NCBI GenBank assembly: GCA_963693365.1
Contig: CAVNZM010000001.1
Location: forward strand, 10,876,161 to 10,940,160
Direction of reading: 5' to 3'
Origin: Amoebidium appalachense
Taxonomy: Eukaryota; Protista; Ichthyosporea
Length of the DNA stretch: 64,000 bases
The translations under genes and the position numbers were made by a program. Shown piece after piece: positions 42,201 to 54,832 of this stretch. Within the stretch, counting starts at the first letter, position 1. Every line of letters begins with the position of its first letter. The notes beneath the pieces are model-generated. The model was not told the DNA's origin, ran no database searches, and saw only the letters and a list, made by a program, of their open reading frames with translations.

Positions 42201-44372
42201 TGTTCCCCGGTCAAAGAGGAACAAGCTGGCATCAACCGTCAGAGTCGGCACCTACGTCGGCTGGGACCTACCCTCCAAGGCACACAAGATCCTCGACCTT
42301 GCCAGCAACCAAATCAAGATCTGCCGTGATGTGATCTTCGACGAGTCGAAATTCACGGGCAGCACCAATCAGGTCTCCCTTCCCCCCAAACCCGATCTGC
42401 CGACATTGGACCCCCCTCCGACGACGACGATGAAACTCCGTCTGTGGTCATCTCCCAACCGTCCTGGCACAACCAACCAGCCCCGGTTGAACCCGTGCCT
42501 CCCCCGAGCCCCCCCCCCACTGGCCAACAACCCTTGCTGCCGGCCCCCCCCGTTGCTGTGCATCAACCCGGCTACATGACTCCGGTTCGTCCTGGGTCCC
42601 CCACCTTCCACTCGGCCACGAGCAGCCCTGTGGACACCGATGCCCCCCTCACCACCGGTCCTATTCCTGGCTTCCATGCCCCTATCCCGGCCTCCACCAC
42701 CTACCCGGCCACCACCCCCCTCAAGGACCCCCCCAAGCCCAACCTTCGTCGGTCTACACGTCTCACCAAGACTCCAACGGCACTGGTCAGCATCGTAGCA
42801 CCGACCATCAACATTGACCAGCTCCCCAAGGGCATTCAAAAGCTTTGCAACGGTCCCAACGGTGATGCCGTCATAGCTGCCCTCACCTCCGAGTACCAAG
42901 CCTTCATCACCAAGGATGTCTTCACCATTGTTGATCCCCCCCTGGTGCCAACATCATCAAGTTCAAGTGGATTGTGACTGAGAAAGTCCTCAACTCAGCC
43001 GGTGACACCAAGATCAAAGCTCGTGGTGTTGCAAAGGGCTTCACTCAAGTCTACGGTGTTGACTACGGTGACACCTCTTCCCCCGTGGTGATGTCCTCCT
43101 CCGTCCGTGCCCTCCTTGCCATCGGTGTGGACGGCAACCATGAGATTCATCAACTCGACGTCTCAACTGCCTTCCTCAACAGTCCTCTTCAAGAAGACAT
43201 CTACATTGAGCCACCACCTGGCTTCATCACCCCCGGCAACGAACACAAGGTCTGGAAACTTAAGAAGGCACTCTACGGGCTCAAGCAAGCATCACTGGCC
43301 TGGTATGAGTACTTCGACAAGGTCCTCCTTGCTCACGGTCTCGAACGTCTCCGTTCAGATCCATGTGTCTACATCAAGACCTTCCCCAACGGTGACATCA
43401 TCCTCACTGGCAACTATGTGGACGACGTCATCATCATCTGCACGGCCAACTCCTCCCACACCAAGGATCTAGTAGACCACATCATGAAGTCAGCTCTCTG
43501 CAAGGTTGACCTTCCCGACATCTTCCTTGGCACCCAGCTCATCCACACCCCCGGTCACCTCAAGCTGCTTCAGCAATCCTACATCAACGACATCGTCAGA
43601 GACTTCAACCTCAACGATGCTCACCCCAAGGCTACTCCCATTCCCGTCGGCACCGTCATCACCATCAACGAGAACGACTCACCACCCATCAAGGTTCCCT
43701 ACCGTGAACTACTCGGCCGTCTTTTGTGGGTTGCTCGTTGTTCCCGGCCCGACATCTCCTTTGCCATCGGCTACCTCGGTAGATTCAGTGCCAACCCCAC
43801 CAAACTTGCATGGGAATGTCTACTCCGTGTAGTTCGGTACCTCATCGGCACTTCCAACCTCGGCCTTCACTACGACAAGTCTGCTTCCGACGACAACACC
43901 CCCTTGCTGGAGTGTTATTCTGATGCTGACTTTGCCAACTGCCCCAACACCCGTCTTTCAACCACCGGATACGTCATCTTCTTCAAGGGCATACCCATCA
44001 CATGGTATTCGAAGCTGCAGTCCATCACGGCAACATCCACCACCGAGGCTGAGCTTCTGGCCATCAATGCTGCTGTTCAAAACGTCATCTGGCACCGTGA
44101 TCTCCTCCGTGAACTCGGCTACCCGATGACCGACCCCACCCCCGTCTACTGTGACAACCAGTCCACCATTGCCCTCCTGCACACCAACAGCATCAAGCAC
44201 CGGACCAAACACATTGCAGTCCGTTACCACAACACGAAGGACTACATCAAGAGTGGGGATGTGGTCGTCACCTACGTGTCCAGCAAAGACAACGTGGCTG
44301 ACATCTTCACCAAGCCCCTGCCCGGGCCCTCCCACGAGCAACACCGTGATTCACTCAGTCTTCGTGACTGAG

Positions 44373-44425
<53 letters not shown>

Positions 44426-45614
44426 TCATCTACAGTGGTCTTCAAGTAGGTTGGGGCCCTGGCCAGTGGTCTACACATCACCGTGTAGAGACACCTCCCA
44501 ACGAAAGTCTACTGCTGTCTTCATCGATCTTCAGTGTGTGCATCTTCAGTGGGGATTTCTTCTCCACCATCCGTCGTTTATTTATATCCCACCATATATA
44601 TAATGTATTTATCATTAGCCACCAACACGTCACACATACACTAGTTGTTTCTTCTATATATATTTATATACCACGTCATTGGCTACCGTCATCTTCCGAG
44701 TCTTCAGAGGCAACCGTCGTTGTGTGCTTCTTCCGTTTTGGTTTTCTTCCCCGGCTTGCACCTTCAAGTCTTCTCCATTGTCTTCTCGAGTGGGGAAACT
44801 TGACTGTGACTTCACGGCACCTACTTCTACATGTGTGAAAGTCTTAACATCAACAGTCACATCAACAAACTTCACGAGAACCCAACTTCCAACCCTTGAG
44901 TGGGGATGTCATCTTCACTTAATTCTCAGCAAGACTTAGAAGTTGAGTTTGGTATTTATTTATTAGTTGTTGTAGTTTGTTTCCTTTTCCTTTCTTCATT
45001 TCTTTCTTTCTTTTCCGTTTCCGTGTACACGACATCTTAGATCTGTGTACGTATCGACATACTTAGCTCGCGCACACGTATTGTCGTTTGCGTCAAAATC
45101 TATATATGTCATCCAATCATATCTCGTTTGTATTTTCCCAAATATAGTAACTTACATTCCTTTCTCATTCCTTTCCCACGACGTAGCATTGTGCTATGTT
45201 CTTCAACTATTAGGAAAAATTATATTTAGACGTGTTATGATAAGAACATGTATAAATATATGTTATGAATTAATAGTTACATAAGTGGTTTCATTTTATT
45301 AAATGTTTCCGTGCTTTTATTAGAAGTTTCTTTCATTAGAGGATTGAGTTTTATATTCTAAATGTCGACAGACATTTTATTCGATATATTTTACACTCAT
45401 AGTTTTCATTCTTTTGATTGGTTTATCGTTTCACATTCCCAAGTATAAAAGGGACCTCATCTTGAAATAAATCACAAGCAGTCGTATTCACTTCCTATGG
45501 TTCCAGAAATCGTTCCTCCTCTCCGGTTGTGTTTTTCCCGTGTGTCTTTGTGTTGTGTTTTACATAACACCCATCTGTGCTCTCTGCTTCTCCGTTTACC
45601 CACACAAATTAACA
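39225..45614 (+). mobile_element. Full-length Ty1/Copia LTR retrotransposon (6390 bp)
   Basis: 708-bp TG...CA LTRs at 39225-39932 and 44907-45614 with no mismatch seen by eye. 5-bp TSD CTGCT (39220-39224, 45615-45619). PPT gagtgggga at 44898-44906. Confidence 0.97.
40009..44371 (+). CDS. Copia gag-pol polyprotein (gag, Zn knuckle, protease, integrase, RT, RNase H) with two frameshifts in C-runs (~42415 and ~42940)
   Basis: Motifs CSYCHEPHHITAC, WDSACNAH, LWHNRLGH, HLDF...FDSGSEF...NGVVERK, QLDVSTAFL, LYGLKQA, YVDD and YSDADFA...CDNQS...ADIFTK. Integrase precedes RT. Confidence 0.96.
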
Positions 45615-46153
45615 CTGCTGGCCGGAGCCCGCTGGTGGTGCCATGCCCAAGCTGCGGTGCAGGCTGTTGACGGCGGAGACGATGCTGGGCATGGTCCGGG
45701 CTTGCACCGCACGCATGGCGCACCAGGCAAGGAACAGCTGCACTTGGGCTGGGCAGGCTGGCAGGTAGCCACCATCAGGATTGCGGCAGTCCATTGCTTA
45801 GATGAAGTCGATAAACTGGCGCTGGTAGGACGAGTAGGAGGACTCCGTGCTGTCGCCCACTGACAGCCGAGTGATGGTGCGGGCCACCTCCGGGACACGG
45901 GCCAAAACCTCGGGGGTGAACCACTGGGCAAGCCTACCATGGTCGCCACCAAAGGGGAGCAAGCCACCTGCAGGGACAGAGCTGTGTGAGCATCATGCCT
46001 AGAGTCCCAGGGGGGGGGGGGGGGGGGGGGGTAAAGGCAACGAGCGGGGTGGGCGGCAGGCAAGCGGGTGCACAGGCAGGCAAACAAGGGGGGAGGGGGG
46101 GGGGGGGGGCGTAGCTAAAGGGCAGAGGATGCATGCAGCGCTGGCAGGGAGGG

Positions 46154-49100
46154 TGTGATGTGCTGAGCTGATTCGTATTAGTTTGCTTCTATATTTTGTG
46201 TTTTGGTGAGTGAATTTCGGGGGTTTTCTTGCATAGTTATGCCGGGGTCTAAGTGGGGTATGAGGAGATTAATCAGTGGTATGGGGAGAACCTGATGCGG
46301 CGGCGGCTGATTGTTAAAGGTGCGCGCGTGCATGCACAATGCCTCTGCGTACTCTCCATGTTAAATGTTGTATTGCTTCTTGCTGTGTGCGTGGCGAGAC
46401 CCATGTTGCCTGCTCGCGTGTGTGTATGCTTATATGTATTGTGAGTAAACGTGTGTACGTGTTGTAGTGCTGTAGGGGTGTCTGAGGTCGCGGTATCCAA
46501 TGGTGTGGAGTGCGTGTAGTCTGTGGGGGAGGGAGTGTTGTGATTGGCTGAATGTCACTGTGGTATTTGTCTGGCCAGTGGGCCGCGTGTCTGTGAAGTG
46601 TCTCGCGGGGTCGCGGGCTTTTGGCAGTTCTTCTAAGAACACGAAAAACTCGCTTCCCACCCAACTCAAAGAAAAGTTTATACGTATACACGGTTTCGAG
46701 CCCCTTTAAGCGTGCAGATAGTTAGAGTAGTTCATATACACTCTGTTTGTTGCTACGACAAGCTACACCCCCTTTCTCTGCAGTTTTTTGCAGGGAGGGG
46801 GCACACGCACTGTTAGTCCTTCTGGGCTGTTGCTTTCACCCCTAGTTTTTTTTTTTTTCTCTTCACGCCTAGCGGTTATGAGTGGCTTTGACTTAGGACT
46901 TTTTCGACAGTTAGAGGTAGAAGAAACATACGAACACACAGGCCTACAACTAGCAACAGTTGGCTTAGGCAACATGAGCAGTAGGACTAGTATCACAGGG
47001 GACTTAGTCCTCGCTAAGGACCTCGCCCTCCCTAGGTGGCTTAGCAAGCTCAGGGCTGTTTGCCCAGCAGAGGCCACTGAGGGGAAGGACGTCCAAACCC
47101 CTCGAAGGATGGCCACACTCATCATGAACACGGTGGGCTCCTCAATGCTGGAGTTCCAGAAAGTGCTTGAAAGCACACAACTGCCTACCGACGAGCCGTC
47201 TGTGCGCACGGTTGCGTACGCCCGCACAGTGGCGGGTGGAGCCCGCAACCCGGCCGCACTCCAGCTGGCCGCCCGCTACGAAGCGGCCAACGCACAGGTG
47301 CCTCTTGTTACAGGCGGCTCCGGGGACGTGGTTGAGGTTTTGCGCCCCGAGAATGAGCTTGAGTGGCTTGACAGGGCGGTGGCCAAGTACCTGGACGACG
47401 GACGACGACGGGAGTTTGACGCTGATCTCAGACAAGCTAAGTTTACTTACCCCCCCCTCACCATGTCTGTGACCGAAGCTAGAACCCACTTTGAGCTGTT
47501 CGAAGAAAATTTTCGTGCTCTTGTGTTTCTTGCTGGGTTGGAGAATGATGCTCGTGGAAAGTTTCATGCTGCTCGCTCTCTGTTTGTAGATAGCAGTCAG
47601 TTTGGTGAGCTGTTTGCTCAGCATGAAGAGCAGCATGAGGTAGACTTGGCGTGGAGGGCGGTGAAGAGGCGGTTTTTAGCGCAGTTTGAGAGTAAGCTGG
47701 CTATGAGGGATAAGCATGCTGCTGAGGTCATGGAGGTAAAGCATGGGGCTGGGCAGGACACGCCTACACTCACTGCTCTCTTGAAGCAGGTGGCTGTGCT
47801 CACCAAGCGTCTGGAGGAGAAGGACCAGGAGGGGGACCGGTACAGAGGAGACAGGTACCGGGACCGTGAGAGGGAGGAGGGCAGAGGCCTCAGAGGGGAC
47901 CGGCGGCGGTCACCCTCCCCACGGCGCTACCAGCCCTACCAGCCACGGCCACAACGGGATGATGGGCCAGGCTGGCGTCGTCGGGCGGGACAGCAAGAGC
48001 CGGCGCCGGACTCTTTCCCAGGCACCTGCGACAACTGCAAGGAGCGGGGGCACACATACGCGTGGTGCAAACAGCCCCGTCGTGGGGGACGTCGGTGACC
48101 GTGTTGCAGGTATGAAGGTTTTATTAGGGGGTAGGCCGTCTCTTGGGTTGTTCAAGTTGTTGTTGTATGGGAGTTGTGTGGTGTGTTTTTTTCGCTGAGT
48201 TTTCTACTGGTGCCTGGCGTTTTCGACGTGTGTATGAGTCCTGTGTTGGCGACGTGTCTGGTTAGGGTCAGTGGAATAGAAAGTCCTGCTGCTGTCTGGG
48301 AGCTCGGCCCTCTGACGAGGGGGCTGGGGGGGGGGGGTCGAAGTGTAGTCATGGCAGTAACAGGCAGGCCCCCACTGTTGTGAACCCCCGTCGTCAAAGG
48401 GCCTGGTGCTGAGGCCCCTTGGAGTGGCTGCCCTGGGCCTGGTGTTGAGGCCCTTTGGAGTGGCTGCCCGTAGTGTTGTTGAGTAGTGTTGTGGTGCCCA
48501 GTGCAGCAGTAGGCCTTAGACACACCGCTGTGTAGGGCACGGTTGGGGCGGAGGCATTCCCAAACCACCGGGACCTACGTAGGAGGAGTCTTTGTCGGGT
48601 AGAGGAATGGCCAGCAAGAGAGTCTGGAGGTGTACGTCACATGAGTCTGGAGGTGTTCGTCATGGCATGTTTGGTTGTGTTAGGAATTCTTTGTGGATGG
48701 GGCATGCTGAGTGTGGTTGTATGGATGGTGTCTGTTATCATGTCTGTTGCTATGTTCCACTCGATATAACATTGTGCCAGGGGCATGGGGTTTTGGGTGC
48801 AGGTTGTGGACGGGGGCAGAGGTGCATCTACAGGGCAACGTCAGTGGCGGTTCATAATTATCCTTGTTTTGGGGTTGGGTTGGGTATTAACCATGGTGGG
48901 GTGGTGTGTGGATGCATGTATATGTTTTATGTTATATGTTAAATGTTGCTTCCTGCATGGGTAGCGGTAGTTGTAGTCGCTCAGCACATAACTTTATTTT
49001 GTTTTTAGGTAGTTTTTACTGAGGTGGAACTCAGTTATTTTCTGTGCGAGGGGGGAGTTGTCATGTGCTGAGCTGATTCGTATTAGTTTGCTTCTATATT

Positions 49101-49665
49101 TTGTGTTTTGGTGAGTGAATTTCGGGGGTTTTCTTGCATAGTTATGCCGGGGTCTAAGTGGGGTATGAGGAGATTAATCAGTGGTATGGGGAGAACCTGA
49201 TGCGGCGGCGGCTGATTGTTAAAGGTGCGCGCGTGCATGCACAATGCCTCTGCGTACTCTCCATGTTAAATGTTGTATTGCTTCTTGCTGTGTGCGTGGC
49301 GAGACCCATGTTGCCTGCTCGCGTGTGTGTATGCTTATATGTATTGTGAGTAAACGTGTGTACGTGTTGTAGTGCTGTAGGGGTGTCTGAGGTCGCGGTA
49401 TCCAATGGTGTGGAGTGCGTGTAGTCTGTGGGGGAGGGAGTGTTGTGATTGGCTGAATGTCACTGTGGTATTTGTCTGGCCAGTGGGCCGCGTGTCTGTG
49501 AAGTGTCTCGCGGGGTCGCGGGCTTTTGGCAGTTCTTCTAAGAACACGAAAAACTCGCTTCCCACCCAACTCAAAGAAAAGTTTATACGTATACACGGTT
49601 TCGAGCCCCTTTAAGCGTGCAGATAGTTAGAGTAGTTCATATACACTCTGTTTGTTGCTACGACA
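46154..49665 (+). mobile_element. Non-autonomous gag-only LTR retrotransposon (3512 bp)
   Basis: 607-bp LTRs at 46154-46760 and 49059-49665 with one mismatch seen (LTR position 4). TSD GAGGG (46149-46153, 49666-49670). PPT [16 protein letters not shown] the 3' LTR. No pol motifs. Confidence 0.93.
46878..48098 (+). CDS. Gag-like protein with a C-terminal CCHC zinc knuckle (406 aa)
   Basis: Uninterrupted ORF from ATG 46878; capsid-like helical region (W..VK..FL..F), Arg-rich linker and CDNCKERGHTYAWC. Confidence 0.85.
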   Translation: MSGFDLGLFRQLEVEETYEHTGLQLATVGLGNMSSRTSITGDLVLAKDLALPRWLSKLRAVCPAEATEGKDVQTPRRMATLIMNTVGSSMLEFQKVLESTQLPTDEPSVRTVAYARTVAGGARNPAALQLAARYEAANAQVPLVTGGSGDVVEVLRPENELEWLDRAVAKYLDDGRRREFDADLRQAKFTYPPLTMSVTEARTHFELFEENFRALVFLAGLENDARGKFHAARSLFVDSSQFGELFAQHEEQHEVDLAWRAVKRRFLAQFESKLAMRDKHAAEVMEVKHGAGQDTPTLTALLKQVAVLTKRLEEKDQEGDRYRGDRYRDREREEGRGLRGDRRRSPSPRRYQPYQPRPQRDDGPGWRRRAGQQEPAPDSFPGTCDNCKERGHTYAWCKQPRRGGRR

Positions 49666-50181
49666 GAGGGTGGGGGAAGGGGGAGGGGGGGTATGCGCGC
49701 ACAAGCCGCGGTGTAGGCGTGCGTGTGTGTGCGCTAGTGTGTGGGTGTGTATGAGCATGTGTGTGTAACACCGAGGTTAAGCATGCACGATCGAAGGGGC
49801 GGGTGGAGGGGTGGCAGGGTGGGGTTGGGGGGGTTGGGGGAGGGGGAAGGAGGGGGGGGGAGGGGGGGGGGGGGGGGGGGGGGGGGCAGGACACGCCACA
49901 AGCAGTTGGCACTGCGGGCCAGCACAGAACAAAGAGGCACACCGTGTGTACACCGTAAGACCGTAATGTATTGTCCCAAACACTCCACCGGGTGAGTGAG
50001 GGAATCCGAGCGAATTCGTGTAGTGGGGGGGGGGCCGGCCCCGGCCGCCACTGCAGAACATGACTCGTGTGATATACAAAGTGGGAAGGGGGGAAGGGGG
50101 GGTGTCGGTGCCCCCCACAGCCCACACGCCAAGCCCAATACGAAGGCAAAGGAACAGGGGAGGGGGCTCGGCCCAGCCCCA

Positions 50182-51800
50182 TCACGAGAGAGGGGCAGCA
50201 AACCACCCCGCTAGCCACTCAGGCACGGGTGTTGGGACTGGTGCGTGCCACGGGTGCAGCCGGTCGAAAGTGGCCCACTGTGCTCGCGAGATGGCATCCG
50301 CAATCGAGTTTTCCACGCCAGGGATGTGCTTGGCCGAGACCAGCACCGTGTAGCGCATTTCCATCAGCGTGATGAGACGCAGCACCCGGGCAATGGCAGG
50401 GACGGGGGAGTGACGGGACGCGATCGTAGATACTGCACCGTCGTTATCGGTGAGCTCGCGTATGTGGCTGTTGCGACAGCTGGGACCCCAACAGGCCAGG
50501 GCCACGGCAATGCCAGTCAGCTCAAACAGCACGGAAGCCCACACATCTCCGCCAGCAATGACCGTGCGCCAATGGTCCGTCCATGCTAGGTGAAACCACG
50601 CTTGACCCCAGTAGCCACCGCATCCTATCATGCTGCCGGCCGCATCTGTGGTGAACATGTGATGCACGGGGGGGGTAAGCACACGTATGCCGTTCCACTC
50701 GGGGAGGAACTCCGACCACAGCACAACGTCGGCTCGTGCGTCGGCGCAGACACGGATGTGGTGGTGGGGCCCTAGGCCGGCCCTCTCAGCCTCCGCCAGC
50801 AGATGAAGCAAGCGTTGAAGAAAGGCACGGGCACGCCCCAGCGCCACAACCTGAGCACACCACATGAGCTTGCCGCACAGGGACCGTAGGTCTCGAACAG
50901 TGGCCTTGGTGCGACCCCGCCAATCGGCTAGCAGGGCCCGGAGCTCGGTCAGCTTGACGGCAGGTAAGCGGGCCTCCATGCGCAGAGTGTCCCACTCGAG
51001 CCCAGAGTAGATGAGCGTGTGTGAGGGCAGCTGCACTTTGTCGTCGGCAAGCGTAACACCCACCTTCGAGCACACCCACCGAAACACCAGCATGTTGAAG
51101 GCGCACTCTTGCAGCGTACGGCCGCCGAAAAAGAAGTCGTCCACAAAATGCTGTGTCTCTGTGGCGTTGAGGGCGTGGGCGAAGTGCTGCAGGGCCTGAG
51201 CTATGCGTTCCCAGAACGCTGGGCTGGACCGCAAGCCAAACGGTAGGCGGGTCTCCACATAGAACGCGCCTAGCAGCTGGAACGACAGCAGTGGCTGGTC
51301 GTCTGGGTGCACCGGGCCGTGACGAAAGGCACCCTTCACGTCGTATGCCCCGAGGAAGCAGCCCTGGCCGAGCCGAGCTACTGTTTGCATCACCGTGCGG
51401 ATGGTGATGTACTCCAGCTGATCCGGGTAATCGACCCCATCGTTGATACTGGAGCCACGCGGGAAGGAAAGGTCGTGGATGCGGCGGACGCCCGTGCCGC
51501 CCTTTTTGGGAACTGCCCCGAGGGGCGAGGATACAAAATAAGGATAAAGGGCCACCATCTCGTCGCGGGTGAAGGGGCCCAGGATGTGGCCGCATGCCAC
51601 TTCCTTCGCAATGTCGGCTGCAAGCTGCTCACGGCCCCCGCCAGCGCGGACGGGTGGTTTCGGCCCACCCGGGTGACCCGCTCGCCGAAGTAACCGACCG
51701 AGAAGCCCAGCTCTAAGTCGCGGAGCAGAGCCTGCTGAAACGCACTGTCGGGGTGCGGAAACAACTCAAACAAACGGCGGAAGTTGGGGACAGATACGGT
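50182..51800 (-). CDS. Ngaro reverse transcriptase-RNase H (frameshift in a G-run near 51635; 5' end interrupted by the Transib-like insertion)
   Basis: SPLGAVPKK...RRIHDLS, DVKGAF, LPFGLRSSP, HFVDDF; RNase H motifs TDAAG...EL...TDN...HIPGVENSIADAISR. Confidence 0.95.
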
Positions 51801-51843
51801 CTGTGGTGGTGCCGCTGGGGGGGTTAACCATGGGCCCCGCAGG

Positions 51844-53705
51844 CACCTGGCAAGTTCCGACCTTTTTTAGTTATTGCGCATTTCCTGATATGGGTTTCCG
51901 AGTAATTATGCGATTGGTCGAAAGGACTTGATGACGTAGGTGGACTTCGACGAGACAGGAATGCAATCTGAACTAGTTTCGACATGGGGAGTGAAATCGC
52001 ACCCACGCATTGCTGAAGTTGTATGATTTTGCAGGATGGTGCAGGAAGTAGCAGGAGGCAGCGCTCGCCGGCAACCCGGATTTTGCCCAAGCATACCGGC
52101 ATGTTGCTGGTGCCTAGGGCGGATGCGATTGGCCTTTTTTAACAATGAAAAAGATCACGAGTTAAAATAGAACTAGAAAAATAGAACTATTAAGCTTTGT
52201 CAATACAGTCTTATCCATAAGTACATAAATTGATCTAATTTATATTGAACCGTTGCTTGCCTTCAACACAAATCTAGGATTATTTATTTGTATATAGTAT
52301 AGTGCAATACAGCATTGCGGCAAAGCCGTCAGGCCCGTCACTCTCAGATTCGCATTCTCGTATTGGCTTTATGTCACGTACCTCTACGGAAAGGACAAGG
52401 TTATCCAATGAAAGGCGTTTTGCCGCGGACCGTCCGGGGCCTTGGATAAACACCCTATACTACTGCTTGTGTTGTGAACGCAGCCAACTTTTCCTCCTGT
52501 GTTTTTTTCCAGGGAACGATTACATCAGGATTGAGACGTAATAGAATATTTTTATAACTTAAATAACTGGAAAGGGTCATATAAATTACGTGTACTTAAA
52601 TATGTGCGCCAGTTCCAAAAAATGGTTTGAATGCCAACAGCCAAGTCCATGCAAGGGGTGCGCGACGTCACTTGAAACCACTCGAACTATGCGGTTTAGG
52701 GGGTAGTAGGCCGATCACATTAGTTGTTCTTTCATCAGACAGTCACGCATTAACTAGCTATAGACGTTGTTCGAACATCGAAGGTGCTGACTGGCTAAAG
52801 TAGATATTATCGCACGGGTCTATATGTTGAACGAGCCTTTTAGGAATACGAGACGAGACGTCGACAGACAACAGAGCTAGAGAGAAAGAAATGAAGACTG
52901 GAAGACTGGATCCTCTCGGCAGTTTGTCGGTAATGCTGTTCAAGACAACGGTGTTTCCACACATTCTGAAAATTGGAAATTGTAGTGGGATCCAAGACGT
53001 TTTACACCGCAACCCCCCTATTAACTAATATAATGAAACGAGTTTCGGTATTTTTGTGCATTTTGTGGGCATCGTTCGGAAACTAGTGCGCTAAGAGCGG
53101 GATAAAGAGAAATGTAAAACAGTGACATGATTCTCAGCCAACCAGATGTCGTCATCTTGGTTGTTAGATAGATGTCCCCGGATCGAAAATTCGCCTTGGA
53201 ATGGAGGTAGGGCAAAAGTCCTTTCACGGAATCCGGCCAATCACTCTTATATATAAGCATTATCAACAATACAGGAAAAACGCGGGGGTGCCCTACCTTG
53301 ACACTCCGGCAACAAATACTTTTATATTAAGTTTTACTTATTTTTTAATTCCCAATATAGGGCAACCCCGCGTTTTTGATTTGTGTTCCCAGTGTAAAAA
53401 CGCTGTTAAATGGGTAGGTCACGCACAGCTTTAGGCTTTCCACTGTATCGACAGGATCTATCATAACCCAAGAACTCCCGCATGCCCATGGACGCACCCG
53501 GACGTACCCTGACCCCGGCTGCATCTAGGCCCAGGAGCGTGGGCAAAGCATGAGATAGCCAATCATATGATAGAATGTTAAAACCATCAAGCGCTATGAT
53601 TGGTTACCGCACGTCGATTGCATCGGCTCAAGTAGAGGAAAGCCCATAAAACTGTGGAATGCCATGACGTCACACCTTCCAAAAGTTGACCGTACTTGCC
53701 CAGTG
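51844..53705. mobile_element. Non-autonomous Transib-like DNA transposon (1862 bp)
   Basis: 5-bp TSD GCAGG (51839-51843, 53706-53710). CAC...GTG termini with imperfect TIRs CACCTGGCAAGTTCCGAC / CACTGGGCAAGTACGGTC (13/18). The AT-richer interior contrasts with the GC-rich host element. No transposase ORF seen. Confidence 0.8.
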
Positions 53706-53771
53706 GCAGGGCAACGGAGAGGGCAGGCCCAGCGCTGACGTCAGCCCCTGCCCGAAAGGGGGCTGGGCCCC

Positions 53772-54832
53772 CTAAGCCGGGTTGGCCCCCCCTTCCCCCG
53801 CCCCGTTGGCTGGGTTGGGAGGGCAGGCGTGTGCGCCGTGCGCCGCTGAGCCGCACTTCAGGCAGGCGTGCTTGTAGCGGCAAGGGTTGGGTCCCTTCCT
53901 GGTGCAGCCCTTGGCCGTGTTGAAGCCCCGGCATATCTCATCCGCAGCAGGGGCCGGGCTGGCGCGAGGGCTGGCTGTGGCCCCCCCAGAGGCAGGCTGC
54001 CGGGGTGTGCGGGGAGCGGTGGGTGCCTGGTGCAGGCGGGCACCAGACAGGGACACGGCCAGCTGCACAGCGTCGGGTGCGTCGAGTGGGCGGCCAGAGG
54101 CAGCGCACGACCGGCGGTGTGCATCCTCCCAGCGCATGATGGCAGCCCACTGGTACTCGGGTGCCAACTCAGTGGCCACAAACTCGGCGTGGGCCAGCAG
54201 GGCCGTGACGGGGGCGTCGGCGTTGATGCGTAGGCGTAGCAGCTGCAAGATGCAGCGCAGGTAGGTCTGCAGGTCCGGGCACAGGGCGGGCTGGCGCTGG
54301 GTGCCAGGCGTCTGCAGCACAACCGTGCCAGCAGGCAGGCCAGGCAGGGAAACCGGCTGGCGCTGCGTGTGGACAGAAGAGCCCGTGGGCGGCAGCAGGT
54401 CGAGTAAAGCGAAATGCTGCAGAGGCTCGAAGATGGCAGCCCCCCGGACCTCCGGGGACAGGTGGGGGCAGGGTGGGTTCGACTGGCTGCGCTGGCTGGC
54501 CCCCCAAACGGCCAGTTGCAGGGCATTGGGCGGCGGAGGCAGCTGGTGCATGTCGCCGCCCTGAGGGTCCTCCTCACGGGGGCGCTTGTTGGCGTTGCCG
54601 GGGGGTTGCTCTACAGCATCCACGGCCCCCGCCGCAGCGGCAGGGGGCCCCGTGACAGGGGGGTTCCTACCGGTTCCGCCCCCGCCAAGGTTGACGAGGT
54701 GGGGGAAGGCGCGCAGGAGAAGATCTTGCTGGGAAGGGGGGGCCGGGCTGGCCTGCAGGGCCTGACGGGTCGCGTTGGCCACCTCAGAAGCAAACATGCG
54801 AATGGTCGCTGCCAGCTCAGGGGTCAGGGCAA

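Larger units (their letters stand above)
38700..45967 (-). pseudogene. Ngaro tyrosine recombinase, split by the Copia insertion, with an in-frame stop and a missing C-terminus
   Basis: The N-part STESSYSSYQRQFIDFI*AMDC...VQLFLAW rejoins in frame across TSD CTGCT to ...CLLRSGEF...SKTDPTGKG...CPAANL...PLF. No HxxR or catalytic Tyr is present before repeat B1. Confidence 0.88.

Noticed and set aside
42410-42945. Programmed frameshifting in Copia pol (also the Ngaro RT at ~51635 and the multidomain gene at ~32255 and ~35090)
   Set aside because: All breaks fall in C/G homopolymers, so they are more simply sequencing or slippage indels. Raw reads are needed.
46761-46775. Tf1-like self-priming of the gag-only element
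   Set aside because: Only about 7 nt (ggggtgt) of complementarity found in the LTR, which is too weak.
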